Origin: Saccharolobus solfataricus
GTDB taxonomy: Archaea; Thermoproteota; Thermoprotei_A; Sulfolobales; Sulfolobaceae
DNA length: 32,000 bases
Assembly (NCBI RefSeq): GCF_900079115.1
Contig: NZ_LT549890.1
Span: 2,670,001-2,702,000 of the forward strand
Direction of reading: 5' to 3'
Position numbers and translations under genes: made by a program. This document shows, one piece after another, positions 1 through 9,979 of this stretch. The notes beneath the pieces are model-generated. The model was not told where the DNA came from. It was given only the letters and a program-made list of their open reading frames with translations, and did no database searches. Within the stretch, counting starts at the first letter, position 1; each line of letters starts with the position of its first letter.

Positions 1-827
1 TATGTGACCATTCTCTCTAACGCAGCCTGGGCAACACCAACTCCTTGGGCTGCAACACCAACCCTTGTCCTATCGAAAGTGGCCATTGCGTACTTGAATC
101 CATTCCCTTCTTCTCCCAAAAGGTTTTCTGCAGGGACCTCTACGTCTTCAAAGGCTAACTCTGCAGTATTTGAAGCCCTTAATCCCATAGTCTCAATTCT
201 ATTCAATACCTTAACTCCCTTCCATTCCCTTTCTACTATGAACATCGATATCCCCTTCCATCTAGCATTGGGCTCTGGGGGTGATGTCCTAGCTGTAACC
301 ACGTAATAGTCAGCTATCCCACCATTAGTGATAAAGATTTTCCTACCATTAATAACGTATTTACCATTTATCTTTTTAGCCACCGTCTGTATTCCAGCAA
401 CGTCTGATCCCGCTACTGGTTCAGTATTAGCAAAAGCTGCAACTTTATCTCCCCTAGCTACTGGAGTAACGTACTTTTTCTTCTGTTCTTCATTACCGAA
501 AAGCAATATTGGAGTCATGAATAACCCTCCAACAGATATTCTCGTAGAAAGTGAGGCCCAGACTCTAGATATCTCTTCTTGAGCTATGGCAGTCATTAGC
601 GTATCTCCACCTTGACCACCGTATTGTTCTGGTACTGCAACACCATATAGACCAATTTCCTTAGCTTTTTCCAATACTTCCTTTGGTACTGTACCTTCTT
701 TTTCACCCTTTTCCACATAAGGCGCAACGTCTCTCTCCATGAATTCCCTTACAGCTCTCCTAAATAGTTCATGTTTCTCGGAAATGTTTATAGAAAATGC
801 TTCCACACTACTGAAAGGTAAGACCAT
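1..827 (-). CDS. acyl-CoA dehydrogenase, N-terminal ~275 aa (3' end lies beyond the window start)
   Basis: Absent from the ORF track because there is no stop in the window. My minus-strand translation from ATG 827..825 gives MVLPFSSVEAFSINISEKHELFRRAVREFMERDVAPYVEKGEKEG...AAFANTEPVAGSDVAGIQT...GISMFIVE, typical ACAD motifs. The + ORFs 4..306 and 328..582 are antisense shadows. Confidence 0.85.
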   Translation of the reverse strand, partial: MVLPFSSVEAFSINISEKHELFRRAVREFMERDVAPYVEKGEKEGTVPKEVLEKAKEIGLYGVAVPEQYGGQGGDTLMTAIAQEEISRVWASLSTRISVGGLFMTPILLFGNEEQKKKYVTPVARGDKVAAFANTEPVAGSDVAGIQTVAKKINGKYVINGRKIFITNGGIADYYVVTARTSPPEPNARWKGISMFIVEREWKGVKVLNRIETMGLRASNTAELAFEDVEVPAENLLGEEGNGFKYAMATFDRTRVGVAAQGVGVAQAALERMVT

Positions 828-1010
828 ATAATTTACTGAACCAATAGACTAATTATAACTCTTTCTATCATTAGATGCAATTTCAGCCTTTAATTTAGCA
901 CATATTGGTACCGAAAAGTAATATATTAATCATAAGTGAATAAAGAAAAAACTATGTGAAAAGATAATATTTAGGTGATCACCTTATAAGAACAACATGT
1001 AGAAAGAAGG

Positions 1011-1943
1011 TCAGATTACCTTTAAAATAGCTCTTCCTAAGACCTTTCTCTCCAACATTTTCCTATATGCCTCATTTATTCTCTCTAATTCATAAATTTC
1101 GTATATAGCTTTGATTTTCCCATACCCTACCAATTTAATGGCTTCCTCGTATTCTGCTTGAGTATAAGATGCAGAACCTACTATTTTATGCTGTCTCATT
1201 ATGCTCATTGCTGGCCTTGATAGCGTTATCGGCTCCCCTTCAGTATTTCCGATCAAAACTAGAATACCTTCCTTCTTTAATGCCCTTAACGAATCGTTTA
1301 TGGTTTTAGAACCCACTAGTTCAAATATTGCATCAAACTTTTCACCTCTTATATCACTCACTGGCGTTACCCCCAATTCTTTAAGCTTTTCTCCTTTAGA
1401 TGATAACCCATAAACGTTTGATATACCTAAATATTTCAAGTATTGTACAAGATGGATACCTACTCCTCCACCTGCCCCAGTTACCAAAACTTTACTATCC
1501 TTCTTTAAATCTGCAAGTTTAGATGCGTGAATTGCAGTGGCAACTGGGTCCATTGTAGCTGCGTATTTTTCGAGTTTATCGTCTGGCAAGGGTATGAGAT
1601 TTCTTTCTGGGACAATGACCTGCTCTGCATATCCTCCAGTTATCTCTCCCTCTCCTAAAATTCTAGCGTTATCACATAAATTCTCCTTCCCGCTTTTACA
1701 ATAGTCACAGCTTCCGCAATATAGATTTGGGTAAACAGCTACTGGTCTTCCATTATAGTAACCTACTATTTCATGCCCTAGGATTAAGGGTAGCTTGAGA
1801 TTTTTAAATCCACCCTTCCATATAACTAGATCCCTTCCACATATTCCAGTATACGCTACGTTTATTCTAACTCCTACTCCATGAGGCTCTGCGTTACCTA
1901 TTATAAAGGGTGAGTTAAACTGTGTTAAAATAGCCGCTTTCAT
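1011..1943 (-). CDS. zinc-dependent alcohol dehydrogenase (MDR superfamily)
   Basis: 310 aa with ATG start. Motifs GICGRDL, GHEIVG, structural-zinc CGSCDYCKSGKENLC, and Rossmann VLVTGAGGGVG. Confidence 0.85.
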   Translation of the reverse strand: MKAAILTQFNSPFIIGNAEPHGVGVRINVAYTGICGRDLVIWKGGFKNLKLPLILGHEIVGYYNGRPVAVYPNLYCGSCDYCKSGKENLCDNARILGEGEITGGYAEQVIVPERNLIPLPDDKLEKYAATMDPVATAIHASKLADLKKDSKVLVTGAGGGVGIHLVQYLKYLGISNVYGLSSKGEKLKELGVTPVSDIRGEKFDAIFELVGSKTINDSLRALKKEGILVLIGNTEGEPITLSRPAMSIMRQHKIVGSASYTQAEYEEAIKLVGYGKIKAIYEIYELERINEAYRKMLERKVLGRAILKVI

Positions 1944-1974
1944 ATATTAAAAAAGGAATTGATTGTTAATATAT

Positions 1975-2778
1975 TCATTGTTGACTTAAAGATTTAGGTA
2001 CAAACATACACTTATCTTCAATCTTTCCAGCCAACGCGTCGTCTAGGAGCAGATAGGGGTTCTTAACTTCTTGTAAGCGCTTTCCCGTACCTCCTCTAAG
2101 GTCTAATACTACCTCAGACAATATGCTCAAGGCTATCTCCTCTGCGGTCTTCGAACCAATATCTAAACCTAGTGGGGAATGCAATCTTCTCTTTATTTCC
2201 TCTAGCGGGATATCTCTCTTAACTAATAATGAAATCATTAGAGCTGCTCTCTTTTGACTGGCCAATAACCCAACAAATCTTGCCCTCTTTTTCATTGCGA
2301 TATATAACGCGTCTATATCATATGGTTTACCTCCCTCATTTGCTACAATTACAATTGAATCCTCACTTACCATTTGCTCTAGTAGATTTAGATCATTTGA
2401 AATAGCGTAAACTCCGCTAAAGTCCTCTTCCTTAACATCGCCAGAACCCACTACAGCGACGTAATACCCCATATCTATAGCTAGTTTAGCTAAGAACCTA
2501 GCAATAATACCAGATCCTACTACTATTATGGCTGGCCTTGGTTCAATTGGTTCGATCACTAATTTACCATCTTCTAAATCTTTTTGAATTACCTTTCCCT
2601 TTTCCAACGCTTCCAACGCAATTTCAATTATATTTCTGTCCAAACTTCCAAGAAGGACTCTTCCGTCTGATACTATGGTTCTCTCTAGTCTGTTTCCCTT
2701 GTAAATGGAGACTATTGCAAAACGCTTCCCTTCAGCACTTAATTTTGAAATTAATGGAAAGATCTCACACGAACTCAT
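1975..2778 (-). CDS. XdhC/CoxI-family accessory (molybdoenzyme maturation-like) protein
   Basis: 267 aa. An N-terminal XdhC-like region is followed by the Rossmann segment [27 protein letters not shown]. Family call is from memory of the domain layout. Confidence 0.65.
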   Translation of the reverse strand: MSSCEIFPLISKLSAEGKRFAIVSIYKGNRLERTIVSDGRVLLGSLDRNIIEIALEALEKGKVIQKDLEDGKLVIEPIEPRPAIIVVGSGIIARFLAKLAIDMGYYVAVVGSGDVKEEDFSGVYAISNDLNLLEQMVSEDSIVIVANEGGKPYDIDALYIAMKKRARFVGLLASQKRAALMISLLVKRDIPLEEIKRRLHSPLGLDIGSKTAEEIALSILSEVVLDLRGGTGKRLQEVKNPYLLLDDALAGKIEDKCMFVPKSLSQQ

Positions 2779-2978
2779 AAACTAATATTAAATTAGCTAA
2801 TTAAATACCTTTTTCTCTAACTAGTTTTAATTCTTTAAGCACATACGTAAACTATTTTCTTATACTCTTTATCTTAATAAACGAGTTTATAAAATTTACA
2901 ATATAATTTCTTATTATAATGGATAGCCTGAAAATTGTATAACAGAAAAGTTTTTTATATAGAAAAATTAACTAATTT

Positions 2979-3650
2979 ATGCCACAACAAAATACTGAGA
3001 TATTGGGCTTAGAAAAGATCAAAAAAGGCGTTACCTATTTCCTCTTCTACTCCATACTAGACATCATTGTATCAGTGGGAGTCTTCATAACACTAGTGTC
3101 AGTGTTCCATTTACCTTTAACTGTCAACAGCATGCTAGCCCATTATGGAATTTACGCTGAGATTGTTCTAGTAATTGAAGCGGTCTTATTGCCCATATTT
3201 ATACTCTCCTTTTGGAGAATAAGGGAAGGATTTAAAATATTGGCAACTTCTAGAAAGGAGTTAAATAAAGGAACACTAGGAGGCACTATAGGAGTAATAG
3301 GTTACGTGTTAGTTCTAGCTGGATCAATAGCTCTGATCCCAGTTCAACTGCAACAAACCGTTATGCCCATAGCCGGTAGGATAGTGATTGGAGGATATTT
3401 ACTTTCACTTATAGGAGTACTTTTAATAGGATTAGCTTACATGAAGGCTAGTAACATTTACAATAACAGAACCATAAAGGAGGGAGGGACATTAATTTTA
3501 GCGTGGGTTCTAATAGCATTTATAATCGGTATTGCACACAGTGAACCAATTGCAATCTTTTCAGAGATATTTATTAGTTCTATAGGATTACTTAGTGCTT
3601 ATCTCTTATCTTCAGGCTTAGGGCAAGTTTTGAGATCAAAGCAAATCTAG
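2979..3650 (+). CDS. polytopic integral membrane protein, function unknown
   Basis: 223 aa with ATG start and about 6 hydrophobic helices. No catalytic motif seen. Confidence 0.6.
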   Translation: MPQQNTEILGLEKIKKGVTYFLFYSILDIIVSVGVFITLVSVFHLPLTVNSMLAHYGIYAEIVLVIEAVLLPIFILSFWRIREGFKILATSRKELNKGTLGGTIGVIGYVLVLAGSIALIPVQLQQTVMPIAGRIVIGGYLLSLIGVLLIGLAYMKASNIYNNRTIKEGGTLILAWVLIAFIIGIAHSEPIAIFSEIFISSIGLLSAYLLSSGLGQVLRSKQI

Positions 3651-3703
3651 AGAAAAAGTCTCTATTAGAAATATAAAAAAATAAGCTATTTTTTGTAAGT
3701 CCT

Positions 3704-5212
3704 TTAGCTCGGTGGTAAAGAAGAAGAGAACGCTAATCTTAACAGTTGAAATAGTGACCAAACAACACCGTAGGTAGTATTTAGATTTAGCTCCCTATAC
3801 TCTAAGGCTGATTTCCCTTTAGTCTCCTTTAGCCTTTCAAAATACCACTCTATAGTTTTAAATACTTTATCGATCATGTACGTTACAATCGATCTTATGA
3901 AAGGATTCTTACTAGTGTAGGCTATTGTATTTCCCAGTCTTCTAGTAATCTTCAGATCATATTTCCATGAAAGATATAATAAGTCCCAATATCTAGACGG
4001 CAATCTCTCTAATGCAGGTAACGGATTATCCCTAATTTTAGATAAACCCATCGGTATAACTGGCAATGGAAATATCCACGCAATTGGTTCATGATCTATA
4101 ATGTATTCAACTAATTTTATTGAATCCTCAACGTCCTTATCAGTCTCTTCTGGATACCCTATGGTCATAGTATAGCAAGGGAAGATATAGCTTTCATTCA
4201 TTATCGCTGTGGACTCCACTATTAAATCCTTCCAATTGGTATAGTTCCAAGGAAAAGCTTTCATCTTCATATATTTATTGAATATTTTTTCGCTTCCAGT
4301 CTCAAGCCCTACCACTGGAGAAACAGCCTTCTCCTCATTCCATTCAGCTATCTCAGCCATAGCCTTAACAGTCTTAGGACTTAACTTGACTGGTGCTGCG
4401 GAAATATGAGCGAAGTTTATATAATCCACTCCTGCTCTCTTCAACTCAGCGTACAATCTTACTATCGCATCGTGGTTCACTTCATTAAGCCTTTTAGCCC
4501 CATATAGTAACATATCATCAGTTATCAAACTGACGTCTTTAATTCCAGCCTTCATATTCACTTCCACTTCTCTCATAATATAATCTAATGGGAAGGAAAT
4601 GAACGTGTCCGGAGTTACTGAACAGAACCAACATCCTCTAGGGCAACCTCTAGTAATCTGAACCTCACCTCCCCTAGACGGGTTAATAATTGGTGGAATT
4701 TCATCTAATTTTCTAGGATATCTTCCCCTTACTACTCTAGGCACTTCTTCTCCTTGCTCCAACTTCTTGACTACTTCTGGGAAATCAACCTCAGCATGGC
4801 CTAAGAATATTACATCTGCCCATCTCGGAGGATCCTTTTCCAATTGCCATGCCCCAGCCCCTCCTACTACGACTTTAAGATGGAATTTTTCCTTCAGCTT
4901 ACTCACTTTTTCACCCAATTCGTCAAAAAATTTTGCAGTCCACGTCTCTCCTCCTCCAAAAATCATGCTTAATTTAGCACTAACCGGTTCAATTCCTCTT
5001 GGATCATGAACGTTGATACCAATTACTTTAGTCCCTTTACTAGTTACTACCTTCTCCAGCTTTTCTGGTGTGGTAACTACTACGTTAAATCCACTTTTCG
5101 CCAATACAGCTTCAACTTTCCTAAGGGGGTAAGGCGCTACTATAGCCTTACCTTCTTTATCTGTGGACATAGGAGGTGCGAATATTCTATCCATGAAAAA
5201 TCTCGGAACCAA
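3704..5212 (-). CDS. radical SAM protein with an N-terminal B12-binding-like domain
   Basis: 502 aa. CxxxCxxC cluster motif RGCPRGCWFC. The track start is TTG 5212, but the frame stays open upstream to 5308 (see finding). Confidence 0.8.
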   Translation of the reverse strand: MVPRFFMDRIFAPPMSTDKEGKAIVAPYPLRKVEAVLAKSGFNVVVTTPEKLEKVVTSKGTKVIGINVHDPRGIEPVSAKLSMIFGGGETWTAKFFDELGEKVSKLKEKFHLKVVVGGAGAWQLEKDPPRWADVIFLGHAEVDFPEVVKKLEQGEEVPRVVRGRYPRKLDEIPPIINPSRGGEVQITRGCPRGCWFCSVTPDTFISFPLDYIMREVEVNMKAGIKDVSLITDDMLLYGAKRLNEVNHDAIVRLYAELKRAGVDYINFAHISAAPVKLSPKTVKAMAEIAEWNEEKAVSPVVGLETGSEKIFNKYMKMKAFPWNYTNWKDLIVESTAIMNESYIFPCYTMTIGYPEETDKDVEDSIKLVEYIIDHEPIAWIFPLPVIPMGLSKIRDNPLPALERLPSRYWDLLYLSWKYDLKITRRLGNTIAYTSKNPFIRSIVTYMIDKVFKTIEWYFERLKETKGKSALEYRELNLNTTYGVVWSLFQLLRLAFSSSLPPS

Positions 5213-5422
5213 TCTATAAGGTAAACAAGAAACATAGCCTAATGGTGCAATTCCACCATAATCTGTGAATGTACCTCTATCAGAAGTTAAAACTACATCA
5301 TACGTCTTTTAACTCACCTCCAGATTTAACATGTCACTTTCTTAAAATAAAAACTTTCATATTATAAAAAGTTAGAAGGATAACTTTTAACTTGCACTTA
5401 GACAAGAAAGAAAACTGTCACT

Positions 5423-5669
5423 TTATTCAGAAGCAGATTGCGCCTCGTCGTACTCCTTATCGCTAACCTTTTCAAGCCACTCTACCGATTTACCGTTTAG
5501 CTTTTCTTGAATAGCTATATGGGTCATTGCAGTCGTTGACGTAGCACCATGCCAGTGTTTCACGCTAGGAGGAGTCCATATAACATCTCCAGCCTTTATC
5601 TTTCTAGGAGGGTTTCTCCAGGTTTGAATTAACCCTGTTCCGTAAGTGACTATTAATAGCTGCCCTAAT
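5423..5669 (-). pseudogene. cupin-domain protein, C-terminal fragment (gene split by an IS)
   Basis: Minus-strand translation [80 protein letters not shown]. It joins in frame to ...NWHYHPL at 9280..9456 once 5670..9283 is removed. Confidence 0.85.
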
Positions 5670-5785
5670 CGGTAGACCCAAAATCATTTTACAAAAAATA
5701 ATTTTGGTTGGGTAATATCAGATTCTGAAAAATAATAGAATTTATAGCTTTAACAAGAACGCAACTAATTGAAGAAAGATTTAAG

Positions 5786-5988
5786 GTGAGGAAGCCGGTA
5801 TTATCACGTGGTGAAGACAAGGTGATAACACCTGGTCTTCCCCACCAAAATAATATACAACAAGTAGGGTATAAATTACTTTCCATGTTGAGCTTCAAGG
5901 GAAGAAAGGCTGAGGAGGTATCGAGAGTTCTGGTCTCCGCGTGCTTGTGGAACGACTCCGTGGAAAGCAAGTCCAAAGGGTATAACGT
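5786..5988 (+). pseudogene. IS transposase, N-terminal fragment (copy A)
   Basis: Identical to the start of the copy C ORF up to ...KSKGYNV, then runs into the inserted element. Confidence 0.85.
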
Positions 5989-6083
5989 GAGAGTGTCCGG
6001 AATGTAAAAAATTGAATTTTTATTGGCAAGAATAAATTGGTTTCTAGTATTATCTTGGATTAAATTGGAGTAACACTTAAGTT

Positions 6084-7043
6084 ATGGGAGTAGAGGGTAG
6101 TACCATGGCAAGAACATTAAGACACATACCAAACCTGATGTACTACCCTCTTCCCCCAATAGAGGATATGCCGTGGAGGGAAAAATGGTTAACGGAGATC
6201 AAGCCCGTGCTGGACACCATGGATTTGGAGAGGGTTCTGGGCGAGGGTGCGCTGGTTTACCTGAAGTTGTTAATCGTCATGGTGCTCTACTCTTGCTCCT
6301 ATAGGGACGCGGTGAAAATGGTCAACGTGAACGTGGTCGTGGCCTGGTTCGTGGGGAGGAAGGTGGGGAAGAGCACGCTGCACGACTTCGTGGGCAGGTT
6401 GTACGGGGTGAGGAAGAAGTTGTTGGAGATTTCCTTCAAGCTTGAGGAGAAGTGCCTACCCAGTTACCTCCCTGCGAGCGCGCATCTCGTGGACTTCATG
6501 GCGTGGCTAGTGGACTCCTTCCTACTGGACTTACCTCCTGGGAAGAGGAGCGTGGAGACCTTTCGGGAGAAGGCGGAGCTGGAGAGGAGGGAAGGTAACT
6601 TGGAGAGGGCCAGGAAGCTGCTCTCCCTGGGGAGAACCAAGAGGAGGTTCGAGGGAAGGTGGACCAAGAAGAGAGGGGTCTCGCACTACGGGCTCAAGGC
6701 AGTGGCCGTGATCTCCGTCTCCCTCTTCGTGAGGTCCATCACGGTGAAGCCAGCCAACTTCTCGGACAAGAGGTTCAAGTCACCGCTCAAGGGGATTAAG
6801 ATCGCGGACAGGGGATTCTCTCCCTCCCCGACACAGCTCATAGCGCGGGAGAAGCCCTTCACTACCCTGAGGGCCCACGTGGAGTTCTTCGGCACCTACC
6901 TGAACGCGTTCTGGAGGCCCTACGGGACCACGACCTGGAGGAACGACGTCTTCCTTCACGTCCTGGGAGTGATCTACAACATCAAGATGTTCCTCGCGAT
7001 CCAACGGAGGACTCCTCCAGGACGTAGAGCCGTTCAGCTCTGA
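6084..7043 (+). CDS. IS5-like DDE transposase-like protein (ORF1 of the 2381-bp element)
   Basis: 319 aa. Candidate triad VDSFLLD, KIADRGF, RAHVEFFGTYLNAF (R-x3-E). GC-rich third codon positions, unlike host genes. Confidence 0.55.
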   Translation: MGVEGSTMARTLRHIPNLMYYPLPPIEDMPWREKWLTEIKPVLDTMDLERVLGEGALVYLKLLIVMVLYSCSYRDAVKMVNVNVVVAWFVGRKVGKSTLHDFVGRLYGVRKKLLEISFKLEEKCLPSYLPASAHLVDFMAWLVDSFLLDLPPGKRSVETFREKAELERREGNLERARKLLSLGRTKRRFEGRWTKKRGVSHYGLKAVAVISVSLFVRSITVKPANFSDKRFKSPLKGIKIADRGFSPSPTQLIAREKPFTTLRAHVEFFGTYLNAFWRPYGTTTWRNDVFLHVLGVIYNIKMFLAIQRRTPPGRRAVQL

Positions 7044-7134
7044 GACGCGCCTCCTCGCGTAGCATTTATCGGAAAATCCTGGCAGTTCAAGAGGCCCATA
7101 AAAACTTTTTAAAATTAGAACCTTTAATTTTGGT

Positions 7135-8199
7135 ATGACCAAAGAATTGACGAGGGAGGAGTACTATAAGGCATTGGAAAAGGCAGTTAACGAGGTCATA
7201 CTATCCATGACTGGAACGAGGAAGGACGTTGCCAAGAGGCTACTCTTGGGGGCGGTTGTGGGAAGAAATGCTACCGAGATAGCTCAAGAGGCCGAGATGG
7301 ACTACGAGACCGTACTGAATAACTTGGACAAGGCAGCTCAAGCCAAACTAATCGAGGTCGTGAAGAAGTTAGTCGGGGATCATCCTGTCCTTCTCATAGT
7401 GGACGACACCCACGACCACAAGCTCTACGCTAGGGCCATGCCGGTCTCCAGAAACGGGGCGCAGATCTTCTACTGTAGGGCGCACAAGAGGTTCGAACCC
7501 GCGATCCAACTCCTTGTGATTGGCGTCAAGGATCTGGTGAACAACCAGATCTACGTGATCCACATAATTGCCTACATACCCCGAAAGGTGGAAGAGGAGC
7601 TCAAGCGTAGGGGTGAGGAGGTGAAGTTCAAGACCAAGATAGATGCCCTCTTGGAGTTTCTCTCCTCCCTCTCAGGTTTGAATGTAAAAGCTAGGGTCTT
7701 CGACTCATGGTACGTGAACTCGAGGACTCTCCAAGGGAATACTGTGGGGGAACTCAAGTCCAGCGCGCGAGTCGTCGAGGGTGGCAGATCCGTGCCCGTT
7801 AGCGAGTTCCCCCAAGGGGAGTACCTGGTAGAGTACTTGGGGACTCCCATAAAGTTACTTGTTATAGATGACTATAAGGGTTACGGGAGGAGGTATTTCT
7901 TCTCCACCGACCTTAACGACACGGCTGAAGATATCATAACGACCTGGGAGAACCGTTGGGACATAGAGGTCTTGATCAGGGAGCTCAAGGCCTTGGGACT
8001 CGAGGGTGGGTCCTTCTTGACCTGGGTTAGGAACTCAGGCTTCGTGGCCTTGAAGGCTCTCTCCCTCCTCGTTGTTCAATACTTCAAGTACTCCACGGGT
8101 CTGATGCTCGGGGCCAAAAGGTTGGCCAGATTGATAAAAAGTATTTACCGTGAGGCGGGTGGGATCAAAAAACTGTTCAAGAGGAGGAGAAAACCGTAA
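7135..8199 (+). CDS. IS4-superfamily DDE transposase (ORF2 of the 2381-bp element)
   Basis: 354 aa. LLIVDDTHDHK, VFDSWY, and WENRWDIEVLIRELK (R-x3-E-x6-K signature). Confidence 0.7.
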   Translation: MTKELTREEYYKALEKAVNEVILSMTGTRKDVAKRLLLGAVVGRNATEIAQEAEMDYETVLNNLDKAAQAKLIEVVKKLVGDHPVLLIVDDTHDHKLYARAMPVSRNGAQIFYCRAHKRFEPAIQLLVIGVKDLVNNQIYVIHIIAYIPRKVEEELKRRGEEVKFKTKIDALLEFLSSLSGLNVKARVFDSWYVNSRTLQGNTVGELKSSARVVEGGRSVPVSEFPQGEYLVEYLGTPIKLLVIDDYKGYGRRYFFSTDLNDTAEDIITTWENRWDIEVLIRELKALGLEGGSFLTWVRNSGFVALKALSLLVVQYFKYSTGLMLGAKRLARLIKSIYREAGGIKKLFKRRRKP

Positions 8200-8369
8200 A
8201 GTGCTACTCGCGATCAGGCAACGCTATGCGCGATAGGTAAATCCTCTCGTCTTGATATTTTTCCATTATAAAGTTTTTCTCGGTTATCCGGGTTTCACCC
8301 TTCTGGCAATATTAATATTTATCATTCTGTTTATCTATTCGTTCAGATAATTACATTCCGGACACTCTC

Positions 8370-9265
8370 ACGTGTCACCACAGACCGTGAGGAACTACGT
8401 GGAGGAGCAGGGAACTGAGGTGATCGAGAAGCTATTAGAGTCCATGAGGAGGATTTCCATGGAGATACTCAAGGGAGTGAAGGAAGTCGACATCTCCATA
8501 GACTGGACAACCAAGACGTGGTATGGTAAGCCGGTGGAGGGACTGGGTAGTTCAGCCAAGGGGAACTCGTGGAACTACGCTACCGCGACCACGAAGTATC
8601 AGAATATGGTGCTCCTCCTAGCTTTCGTTCCCCAAGTTAACGGGATGAGCAAGGATGAGATCGTGAAGCTCCTCATGGAGCAAATTGTGGGAATGGGCCT
8701 CAAGGTGGGGCTCGTAACCTTGGACGCGGGATTCTACACCGTGGAAGTCCTCAAGTTCATATCGCAGTTCAAGTTCGTGATAGGAGTCCCTGTGGGGGAC
8801 GTGAAGATCTACGAGGAGTTCGACGGAGAGTACACGACAAACAGTAAGAGGCATAAGAAGGAAGAGCAGGTCAAGTTCAGACTCCTGGTGTATGGTAAGG
8901 AAATCGTTAAGAAGAGGAAGAAGACCGTGGTGTACTTCGCGAGGGCGACCAACCTCGACCTACCCAAGAGGGAAGTGCTGAAGTTGTACAACAAGGTTAG
9001 GAGTCCCATTGAGACGTCTTACAGGAACATCAAGGCCTTCCTTCCCTTCACGAGCTCCACCAAGTTCATCTTCCGCGAGTTGATCTTCGTGCTGGCCATG
9101 ATCTTCTACTCGCTTTACACCGTGTTTAAGAACGTCATGACAAGAGAGGAGTTTAGATTGCTGCTCATCCTCTGCTTTCTAGACGATTTATCTGATCTAA
9201 AGGATTTTATATTTAATCTTGAGGAAACACTTATTAATACTATAGATTTATTTTTATGGAGGTGA
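8370..9265 (+). pseudogene. IS transposase, C-terminal fragment (copy A)
   Basis: Resumes at ...SPQTVRNYVEEQG. Identical to copy B through the stop inside the right IR. Confidence 0.85.
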
Positions 9266-9279
9266 TTTTGGGTCTACCG

Positions 9280-9456
9280 TAATGGGTGGTAGTGCCAATT
9301 GGTTCTCGCCCCTGGCTCAAATGTTACAATACTTGCTGCAACTCTAGACGGTTCTTCAGAATCGTGTACTTGTTCAATAATTACGTTACCAGTGAAAAAT
9401 CTCGGGTCGCCCCTAGTAAAAGGGATAGTACCGTTTTTTCTAACGATAAGATCCAT
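9280..9456 (-). pseudogene. cupin-domain protein, N-terminal fragment
   Basis: MDLIVRKNGTIPFTRGDPRFFTGNVIIEQVHDSEEPSRVAASIVTFEPGARTNWHYHPL. The track ORF then reads into the IS end. Confidence 0.85.
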
Positions 9457-9501
9457 ACCAGCTTACCACCGTCTTTTTCTTAGTTGTATATCTTTAGGTT
9501 T

Positions 9502-9921
9502 TTAACCTTTCTCCTCCTCTTTAAGTTCCTTAATGGCTTCTTGTGCTATTCTAAAACTGTCCATAGCCGCTGGTAATCCACAATAGGCTCCCACTTGCAA
9601 TAATACCTCCTTTATCTCCTCTTCAGTACAACCGTTCCTTATGGCACCCTTAACATGTAATTTAAGTTCATTTTGTCTGTTCAAACAGCTTAATATTCCA
9701 ATATTTATTAAACTCCTTATCTTCTTTGGAATAACATCATCTCTGGTCCATATTAACCCCCATGCGAAAATTGTCACCATTTCTTGGAGTTCTCTATTGA
9801 AGTCCGTAGTTTGACTTAATGACTTTTCCACGTATTCTCTTCCCATCACTTTTTTCCTAACTTCAAGTCCTTTCTCATAGAGCTTCTTTAATTCCGGGTC
9901 TTTGTCGAACAGACTACCCAT
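9502..9921 (-). CDS. carboxymuconolactone decarboxylase (AhpD-like) family protein
   Basis: 139 aa with ATG start. CMD-type core IREVLLQVGAYCGLPAAMDSF. Confidence 0.75.
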   Translation of the reverse strand: MGSLFDKDPELKKLYEKGLEVRKKVMGREYVEKSLSQTTDFNRELQEMVTIFAWGLIWTRDDVIPKKIRSLINIGILSCLNRQNELKLHVKGAIRNGCTEEEIKEVLLQVGAYCGLPAAMDSFRIAQEAIKELKEEEKG

Positions 9922-9979
9922 ATAATATTTGATTAATATTAAGATAAAAAAGCGATCTGGTAAAGAAGAGGGACTCGGA

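Larger units (their letters stand above)
5989..8369 (+). mobile_element. 2381-bp element with perfect 19-bp terminal inverted repeats and two transposase-like ORFs
   Basis: GAGAGTGTCCGGAATGTAA at 5989.. and its exact reverse complement ending at 8369. ACGT target duplication (5985..5988 and 8370..8373). The interior is clearly more GC-rich than the host DNA. Confidence 0.85.
5670..9279 (+). mobile_element. 1225-bp IS (ISC1225-type) copy A, itself interrupted by a 2381-bp element; composite of 3610 bp
   Basis: Ends are CGGTAGACCCAAAATCA...TGATTTTGGGTCTACCG, flanked by a TAAT duplication (5666..5669 and 9280..9283). The two parts (319 bp + 910 bp) equal 1225 bp plus a 4-bp internal duplication. 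The sequence matches copies B and C. Confidence 0.9.

Noticed and set aside
4-582. Plus-strand ORFs 4..306 and 328..582
   Set aside because: Low-complexity translations lying antisense to a clear acyl-CoA dehydrogenase frame on the minus strand.
5689-5976. Identical 95-aa minus-strand ORFs at 5689..5976, 12953..13240 and 14182..14469
   Set aside because: They lie antisense to the IS transposase 5' region. Their identity simply reflects identical IS copies. There is no motif and the composition is odd. An antisense regulatory role cannot be excluded, but nothing in the sequence supports a protein.
6464-8854. Several minus-strand ORFs (60-120 aa) inside the GC-rich IS interiors, for example 6780..7142, 7572..7850 and 8618..8854
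   Set aside because: Stop-poor antisense frames are expected in GC-rich coding DNA. The translations are low-complexity.
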